Shown here piece after piece: positions 57,331-64,000 of a stretch of DNA of 64,000 nt; position 1 is the first letter of the stretch; every line of letters starts with the position of its first letter. Under the pieces are notes generated by a model. That model was not told the origin of the DNA, did not search any database, and saw only the letters and a program-made list of their open reading frames with translations. This DNA comes from Pseudomonadota bacterium (GTDB lineage: Bacteria > Pseudomonadota > Alphaproteobacteria > Acetobacterales > Acetobacteraceae). The stretch covers positions 910 through 64,909 of the forward strand of contig JAJZBV010000010.1 of assembly GCA_021851785.1 (NCBI GenBank), in the 5' to 3' direction. The position numbers and the translations under genes were made by a program.

Positions 57331-57833
57331 TGGCGATGCCCCCCGCGCCTCGCCCGCCCGCGCCGGCGCAAGATCACGTTCTCGATGTCTATTTTCGGCT
57401 CTATCAGAACCATACCGCGATCACGATGCATCAGGAGCGCTCGCAATATGTCTTGATGCGGGCGTTTTTTCAGATCGTCACCGTGGTTTTCATCGTCGAG
57501 CATCTGCCGCTCCAGATGATCAAGGATCAGAACGTCGTCATGCTCTTGAGTTTTTTCATCAAGATGTCGCTGTTCCTGACCAGCTACACGATGTTGCGCA
57601 AGGCGCATCGCGCCAATTTTCACGAAGAGATCGCCAAGATCTATCTCGGGAAAATCACGGAATTTTTGAAAAACGAGGACAACGAGATCGATCCATGCGT
57701 GACAGAGCGTAAAACAGAAGATAAATACCGGCTTATCAACTACCTGATTTTTCCGCAGATCAATCGCATGGCCGTCGGAATAACGTTCATGCTGTTCAGC
57801 GTTGCTATCGCCGCTTTCGTGACCATAAAATAG
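57330..57833 (+). CDS. AT-rich hypothetical membrane protein inserted between ilvH and ilvC
   Basis: Its ATG at 57330 overlaps the ilvH TGA by 1 nt. Three hydrophobic segments are present (AFFQIVTVVFIV, VVMLLSFFIKMSLFLTSY, MAVGITFMLFSVAIAAFVTI). Third codon positions are G/C-enriched in this frame but not in the open antisense frame. Later starts (M33, M43) are possible. Confidence 0.55.
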   Translation: MAMPPAPRPPAPAQDHVLDVYFRLYQNHTAITMHQERSQYVLMRAFFQIVTVVFIVEHLPLQMIKDQNVVMLLSFFIKMSLFLTSYTMLRKAHRANFHEEIAKIYLGKITEFLKNEDNEIDPCVTERKTEDKYRLINYLIFPQINRMAVGITFMLFSVAIAAFVTIK

Positions 57834-57839
57834 GGGTAA

Positions 57840-58862
<1,023 letters not shown>

Positions 58863-58867
58863 ATCTC

Positions 58868-59275
58868 TCAGCGCGATGCCCGCGTCGCGCAGAGTTCGGC
58901 GATGGCGGTGGCCTCGGCGCGCCGCGCCGCGGATTTTCTCTCCCGGGCGAGGGTCTCGGCGAGGTTCTCCGCGACGTTGAGGTCTTTTTGCGTCACGCGC
59001 AGCTTGGCCTCGGCGGCGGCGAGGGCGGCGTCGGCCTCACCGGTGAGCTGGTCGAGGCGCGCCGCCGCCTCTCTCAGCATGCCGCGCCAGCCCGGGTTAT
59101 CCGCCGCCGCCGGCGCACCGGCCCGCCGGTCGGCGAGATAATGGGCGAGGCGCGCGACGTGCTGGCGACGGTGGCGCAGCCATTCGGCTTCCCGCGCCGC
59201 CGTCTGCTGCGCCATTTCGCGCGCCAGGGTCAGGGTTTCGATGGTGCCGGGGTTCAGGATGCCGTGCCGGGTCAT
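58868..59275 (-). CDS. Coiled-coil hypothetical protein (weakly FliJ-like)
   Basis: 135-aa ORF that is Ala/Arg/Glu-rich and predicted helical. Its size and heptad-like C-terminal half (AKLRVTQKDLNVAENLAETLARERK) recall the flagellar export chaperone FliJ. No motif is decisive. Confidence 0.4.
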   Translation of the reverse strand: MTRHGILNPGTIETLTLAREMAQQTAAREAEWLRHRRQHVARLAHYLADRRAGAPAAADNPGWRGMLREAAARLDQLTGEADAALAAAEAKLRVTQKDLNVAENLAETLARERKSAARRAEATAIAELCATRASR

Positions 59276-59374
59276 GCCGCTCTCTCGTCTGTCCTCGGCG
59301 GGATCATCGCGGAAAAAAGTTAACCGGAGATGGCCGCTTGTCGGGCCGCCGGAGAGCGCTTATTGCATCGCCAC

Positions 59375-59902
59375 ATGCGCCGTATTTTTCCGATTGCCGC
59401 CCTTCTCCTTCCGCTCGCCGCCGCCGCCGCCGAACCCGCGGCCAAGCGCCCGCCCGACCGCGCCGATACGCCGCAGCCGCTCGGCACCTTCGAGGCGTGG
59501 ACGGCGGCGACCCATCATGAGGCCGATCAGCTCGTCTGTTACGCCTTTACCCGGGTGCATGGCTCTTCCGCCAAGCTCGCTGGCCGCGGCGACGTCATTC
59601 TCTCGGTGACTGAGCGTCCCTCCGGGCGCGATGCCGTGGCGCTCAGCGCCGGCTACGCCTATCCCCCGAGCGCCGAGGCTCGCCTGCAAGTGGAGAAGGC
59701 GAGTTTCGTGCTGTATACCTCACAGCGCTCGGCCTTCGCCCGCGACGGCCATGCCGTCGTCGCAGCCCTCCTCAAGAGCCACGCGCGCGAAATCCAGACC
59801 CACGCTCCGGCGCCGCGCCATATGCAGGTGACCGATCAGTTCAGCCTCCGCGGCTTTGCCCAGGCCTATGCCGCGATCACCAAGGCCTGCCCAGCCAAAT
59901 GA
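59375..59902 (+). CDS. Secreted protein, possibly invasion-associated locus B (IalB) family
   Basis: Lies within ORF 59330..59902; start at MRRIFPIAALLLPLAAAAAEP (signal peptide). It is ~175 aa with conserved-looking W/C positions. The family call is from memory only. Confidence 0.45.
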   Translation: MRRIFPIAALLLPLAAAAAEPAAKRPPDRADTPQPLGTFEAWTAATHHEADQLVCYAFTRVHGSSAKLAGRGDVILSVTERPSGRDAVALSAGYAYPPSAEARLQVEKASFVLYTSQRSAFARDGHAVVAALLKSHAREIQTHAPAPRHMQVTDQFSLRGFAQAYAAITKACPAK

Positions 59903-59934
59903 GAGGGGCCAAATGAGAGGGGCCAAATGAGCGG
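59894..59934. repeat. 14-bp tandem repeat GCCAAATGAGAGGG x2.9
   Basis: Perfect copies lie at 59894-59907 and 59908-59921, and a third copy with one mismatch lies at 59922-59934. The array contains the stop of the upstream gene (59900-59902). It also contains the Shine-Dalgarno-like GAGAGGGG and the rlmN ATG (59927-59929). Confidence 0.95.
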
Positions 59935-61084
59935 CGCGGCGGCTCTCGATCTCCGCGAGGACGAGCGCGCCCGCATCCTCGCCAAGGCCGCCCTGTTCGC
60001 CCCGCCCGGCGCCGAGCTTGCCGATGGCCGGCGCGACCTGATCGGGCTTTCGCGGAACGAACTCGGCGCGGCGCTGGCGGCGCTCGACATGCCGGCGTTT
60101 CGCGCCAAACAGCTCTGGCACTGGATCTATCACCAGGGGGTGCGCGATTTCGCGCGCATGTCCTCGATCGCGCGGCCGTTTCAGGAGGCGCTCGCGGAGC
60201 GCTTCGTGATCTCCCGCCCCGAGGTTACGCTTCGCCATAAAAGCGCCGATGCGTCCGAGAAATTCCTCTTCCGCCTGCGTGACGCGGCGCAGGTGGAGAC
60301 GGTCTATATCCCCGATCCGGTCGAGGATCGCGGCGCCGTCTGCCTCTCCTCGCAGGTCGGCTGCACCCTCTCCTGCCGCTTCTGCCATACCGGCACCCAG
60401 CGTCTCGAGCGCAATCTCGGCGCCGCCGAGATCGTCGGCCAGTTCATGGCGCTCCGCGACGCCTATGGCGAGTGGCCGAGCCCGAAAGGCGAGACGCCGC
60501 GCCTGCTCTCCACCATCGTGCTGATGGGGATGGGCGAGCCGCTCTATAATTACGAGAACGTCGCCCGCGCCATGACCATCATCATGGACAACGAGGGCAT
60601 CGCGCTGTCGCGCCGGCGGATCACGCTTTCCACCTCCGGTGTGGTGCCGATGATGGACCGCGCCGGGGCGGAACTCGGCGTCAATCTCGCGGTCTCGCTG
60701 CACGCGGTGCGCGATGATCTGCGCGATGAATTGGTGCCGCTCAACCGCAAATACCCGATCGCCGAGCTGATCGCTGCCTGCCGGCGCTACCCCGGCGCCT
60801 CCAACGCGCGGCGGATCACCTTCGAATACGTCATGCTGCGCGGCGTCAATGACAGCGAGGCCGACGCGCGTGAACTCGTCCGCCTCATCGCCGGGCTTCC
60901 CGCCAAGGTCAATCTCATCCCGTTCAATCCCTGGCCCGGGAGCCAGTTCGCGCCGAGCACGCCGGGCGCGATCCGCCGCTTCGCCGAGATCGTCATGAAT
61001 GCCGGTTATTCCGCGCCGGTGCGCACGCCGCGTGGGCGCGACATTCTCGCCGCCTGCGGGCAGTTGCGCACCGCGGCCGGATGA
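59927..61084 (+). CDS. rlmN: 23S rRNA/tRNA adenine-C2 methyltransferase RlmN (radical SAM)
   Basis: 385-aa ORF with the [11 protein letters not shown] radical-SAM motif and [10 protein letters not shown]. Confidence 0.9.
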   Translation: MSGAAALDLREDERARILAKAALFAPPGAELADGRRDLIGLSRNELGAALAALDMPAFRAKQLWHWIYHQGVRDFARMSSIARPFQEALAERFVISRPEVTLRHKSADASEKFLFRLRDAAQVETVYIPDPVEDRGAVCLSSQVGCTLSCRFCHTGTQRLERNLGAAEIVGQFMALRDAYGEWPSPKGETPRLLSTIVLMGMGEPLYNYENVARAMTIIMDNEGIALSRRRITLSTSGVVPMMDRAGAELGVNLAVSLHAVRDDLRDELVPLNRKYPIAELIAACRRYPGASNARRITFEYVMLRGVNDSEADARELVRLIAGLPAKVNLIPFNPWPGSQFAPSTPGAIRRFAEIVMNAGYSAPVRTPRGRDILAACGQLRTAAG

Positions 61085-62826
61085 CCGACCCCACCCCCCC
61101 GCGCCGGCGCGCGCCGGAAAATCTGCGAAGCCATCGCTGGCTCGGCGTCGATGATCTCCGCGCTTTCGGCCACCGCTCGCGCATGGCGCAGATGGGGTTC
61201 GGCGCCGAGGAGTATGCCGGCAAGCCGGTGATCGGCATCCTCAACACCTGGTCCGATCTCAGCCCCTGTCACGCGCATTTCCGCGCCCGCGCCGAGGAGG
61301 TGAAGCGCGGCGTCTGGCAGGCGGGCGGGTTTCCGGTCGAAATCCCGGTGCTGCCGGTCACCGAGCAGTTCATGAAGCCGACCTCGATGCTTTATCGCAA
61401 TCTGCTCGCGATGGAGACGGAAGAGGTGATCCGCAGCCAGCCCTTGGATGGCGTCGTGCTGATGGGGGGCTGTGACAAGACCACGCCCGGCCTGCTGATG
61501 GGCGCGTTCTCGGCCGGCCTGCCCTGCCTCTTCCTCCCCGCCGGGCCGATGCTGCGCGGCCATTGGCGGGGCAAGACGCTCGGCAGCGGCTCGGATGCCT
61601 GGAAATACCATGCCGAACTACGCGCCGGCACCATCACCGAGGCGCAATGGAAAGAGATGGAAGCGGGCATGAACCGCTCCTTCGGCACCTGCATGACCGC
61701 CGGCACCGCCGCGACCATGATGCTCGCCGCCGAGGCGATGGGTTTGACGCTGCCGGGTGCTGCCGCCATTCCCGCAGCCGATTCCGCTCACGCGCGGATG
61801 GCGGCGGCTTGCGGGCGGCGGATCGTCGACATGGTGTGGCGGGATGAAACCCCGGCGCGCCTCCTGAGCCAGGGCAGCATCGACAATGCCGTCGTGGCGA
61901 CGATGGGGTTCGGCGGCTCGACCAACGCCATCATCCATCTCATCGCCATGGCGCGGCGGGCGGGTTTGGCGCTCGATCTCGACCGGTTCGATGCGATCAG
62001 CCGGCGCGTGCCGCTGATCGCCAATCTGCGGCCCAATGGCGATACGTTCCTGATGGAGGATTTTTTCTATGCCGGCGGCAGCCGCGCCTTTCTCGCCCGG
62101 CTCGCGCCGCATCTCGATCTTGCCATCGCGACCGTGAGCGGGCGGACGCTCGGCGAAAATCTCGCCGGCGCCGAAATCTACAATGACGCGGTGATCCGGA
62201 GGCTGGACGATCCGCTTCAGCCCGAGGGCGGGGTCGCGGTGCTGCGCGGCAGCCTCGCGCCGCAGGGCGCGGTGATCAAGACCAGCGCCGCCGATCCGCG
62301 CCTGCTCTCGCATACCGGCCCGGCGGTGGTGTTTGCCGATTACGACGACATGAACCGCCGGCTCGACGACCCGGCGCTGCCGGTGACGGCGGAGAGCGTG
62401 CTCGTCCTGCGGCAGGCCGGGCCGCAAGGCGGGCCGGGCATGCCGGAATGGGGCATGCTGCCACTCCCGAAAAAATTGCTGCGCCAGGGAGTGCGCGACA
62501 TGGTGCGGATCAGTGACGCGCGCATGAGCGGCACCTCCTATGGCACCTGCGTTTTGCACGTGGCGCCGGAAAGCCATGTCGGCGGCCCGCTCGCCTTGGT
62601 GCGGGACGGCGATCCGATCCGTCTCGACGTGGCCGCCCGCCGCCTCGACCTCCTGGTCGACGAGGCGGAACTCGCGCGCCGCAGCAGCACCTGGGCGCCA
62701 CCGCCGACGCGCTACACCCGTGGCTACACAGCACTCCATCTCAAGCATGTGCGGCAGGCGGATGAAGGCTGTGACTATGATTTTCTCGAAGGCACGGCGC
62801 CGACGCCCGAGCCCGACATTCATTAG
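61081..62826 (+). CDS. IlvD/Edd family sugar-acid dehydratase (arabinonate/xylonate-dehydratase-like)
   Basis: 581-aa ORF with motifs [36 protein letters not shown] and [12 protein letters not shown]. It overlaps the rlmN stop by 4 nt. Confidence 0.85.
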   Translation: MTDPTPPRRRAPENLRSHRWLGVDDLRAFGHRSRMAQMGFGAEEYAGKPVIGILNTWSDLSPCHAHFRARAEEVKRGVWQAGGFPVEIPVLPVTEQFMKPTSMLYRNLLAMETEEVIRSQPLDGVVLMGGCDKTTPGLLMGAFSAGLPCLFLPAGPMLRGHWRGKTLGSGSDAWKYHAELRAGTITEAQWKEMEAGMNRSFGTCMTAGTAATMMLAAEAMGLTLPGAAAIPAADSAHARMAAACGRRIVDMVWRDETPARLLSQGSIDNAVVATMGFGGSTNAIIHLIAMARRAGLALDLDRFDAISRRVPLIANLRPNGDTFLMEDFFYAGGSRAFLARLAPHLDLAIATVSGRTLGENLAGAEIYNDAVIRRLDDPLQPEGGVAVLRGSLAPQGAVIKTSAADPRLLSHTGPAVVFADYDDMNRRLDDPALPVTAESVLVLRQAGPQGGPGMPEWGMLPLPKKLLRQGVRDMVRISDARMSGTSYGTCVLHVAPESHVGGPLALVRDGDPIRLDVAARRLDLLVDEAELARRSSTWAPPPTRYTRGYTALHLKHVRQADEGCDYDFLEGTAPTPEPDIH

Positions 62827-62920
62827 AAGCAAAAAGACTTTTGTCCCGGGACAGCGCCTGTGGCGCTCTCCTACCATTTAAAAGTTTTTTGGTTCTTTTT
62901 TTCAAAAAAAGAACATTTTT
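62826..62920. repeat. Copy E (H3 truncated) of the AT-rich palindromic intergenic element
   Basis: AGAAGCAAAAAGACTTTTGTCCC is followed by GGGACAGCGCC-tgt-GGCGCTCTCC (62848-62870). GTTCTTTTTTT-c-AAAAAAAGAAC follows at 62892-62914. It lies between the convergent dehydratase and PBP genes. Confidence 0.85.
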
Positions 62921-62956
62921 TCCTATTCTTGACGGCTTCCGGGGCGTGATCGCCGG

Positions 62957-64000
62957 TCAATAAAGCCCGCCCATCGCCTTGTCGGAATCGCCGCCGGCGG
63001 GAGGGTGCGGTTGGGCGGCGGCGCTGGCGCCCTCGGCGGGCGGTGTCGCGCCCGCGGTCGCGCCATTCCCATCCGCCTGCCCGCTGGCGGGCGCGCCCGG
63101 GCTGCTTCCCGCGACACTGTCCGGCGGGTTTGCCGCCGGCACGCCGCCAGGGGGCACGCCGCCGGTGGGCAGGCTGCCGAATGGCAGCGAGGCGCCGGGC
63201 TCCTGTCCATCCTTGAAGGCGTCGGTCATGCTCTGGGTCGCATCGCTCCAGGACGCCAGCGTCACCCCCGGTGGCGCGACGAAGGGCAGCACCGGATGAT
63301 CCTTGAGCGCGATCGCCATGAAATCATGCCAGATCGGCGCCGCCAACTCGCCGCCGGTCTGGTTCCGGCCGAGATCGGCGGGCTGATCGAACCCGACCCA
63401 GACGATGGTGACGAGATCGGGCGTGAAGCCGGCGAACCAGGCGTCGTCATAATCCTGGGTGGTTCCGGTCTTGCCGGCGATCGGCCGCTCCAGCCCCTTG
63501 CCGGCGCGGGTTCCGGTGCCGCGCTGGACCACGTCCTGCATCATGGTGACGACCTGGAACACGCTTTGCGGGTCGGCGATGGCGGGGCGCTGGTCATCGA
63601 GAAGGGGCGCCTGCGCCGGATCGTCGGCGCAGCTTTCGCAGCCGAGGCCGGGCGCGCGCCAGAGGATATGGCCGTCGCGATCCTGGACACTGTCGATCAG
63701 GCTCGGGATCACTTCGCGCCCGCCTTCATCGAGCGTGGCATAGGCGCCGGCGAGCCTGAGCGCCGTGGTCTCGATCGCGCCGATCGCCGCCGGCAGCACA
63801 GGCGGCATGTCATCGGCGATGTGGAACGCGGCCGCGGTCCTGGCCACCGCCGCCATGCCGATCTGATCGGCGACGCGCAGCGTGACCAGATTGCGCGAAT
63901 GCTGCAGTGCCTCGTGGAGCGGCATCGGGCCGTTGAAATCCATCTCGTAATTATTCGGCCGCCATTTCCCCTTCTCGCCGAGATCGACGACGAAGGGCGC
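62957..64000 (-). CDS. Penicillin-binding protein 1A family, C-terminal transpeptidase part (5' end runs off the window end)
   Basis: The listed ORF is 62957..63943, but the frame stays open to 64000 (reverse complement reads APFVVDLGEKGKWRPNNYEMDFNGPMPLHEALQHSRN). KTGTTQDYDDAWFAGF is the KTG motif. The C-terminal tail is low-complexity Gly/Pro/Ala. Confidence 0.85.
   Translation of the reverse strand, partial: APFVVDLGEKGKWRPNNYEMDFNGPMPLHEALQHSRNLVTLRVADQIGMAAVARTAAAFHIADDMPPVLPAAIGAIETTALRLAGAYATLDEGGREVIPSLIDSVQDRDGHILWRAPGLGCESCADDPAQAPLLDDQRPAIADPQSVFQVVTMMQDVVQRGTGTRAGKGLERPIAGKTGTTQDYDDAWFAGFTPDLVTIVWVGFDQPADLGRNQTGGELAAPIWHDFMAIALKDHPVLPFVAPPGVTLASWSDATQSMTDAFKDGQEPGASLPFGSLPTGGVPPGGVPAANPPDSVAGSSPGAPASGQADGNGATAGATPPAEGASAAAQPHPPAGGDSDKAMGGLY

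Overview
This is a high-GC chromosomal segment, by eye about two-thirds G+C or more. Gene content and order fit an alphaproteobacterium, most likely Rhodospirillales/Acetobacteraceae-like (inference).

I count about 60 protein genes, and nearly all are recognisable housekeeping genes:
- rne (partial), fliI, a usp-marR pair, pdxH, fabI, aroC, hrcA
- a TetR regulator with an RND efflux pair
- pqqABCDE
- a LysR regulator next to NAD-dependent formate dehydrogenase fdsG-fdsB-fdsA-fdhD-fdsD and an OFA-type MFS transporter
- argJ, a parvulin PPIase, rpmI-rplT, gmk-yicC, hyi-glxR
- aroA-cmk-rpsA-sppA-ihfB-lapA-like-trpF
- divergent serB/miaA, ilvI-ilvH-(inserted ORF)-ilvC, rlmN, an IlvD/Edd dehydratase and a partial PBP1A

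I saw no rRNA, tRNA, CRISPR array or intact mobile element.

Signals that housekeeping does not explain:
1. A ~1 kb foreign low-GC islet (7981-9033) carries an orphan RusA-fold ORF.
2. An AT-rich membrane ORF sits between ilvH and ilvC, with its start overlapping the ilvH stop.
3. A five-copy family of AT-rich palindromic intergenic elements, all at gene 3' ends.
4. A cell-envelope cluster (2.3-8.0 kb) holds an extreme Gly/Tyr/His-repeat lipoprotein, an orphan NuoB/HycG-like Fe-S protein, a sulfotransferase and an internally duplicated DUF799-like lipoprotein.
5. A lower-GC block of unknown genes lies at 40.4-43.3 kb.
6. Many perfect 12-16 bp tandem duplications occur, several built across stop/start junctions.

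None of these can be shown to be a new system from sequence alone. The islet, the ilv insert and the envelope cluster are the best candidates. All functional calls come from motif recognition by eye, with no searches run. Most start codons are my own choices within the supplied ORFs.
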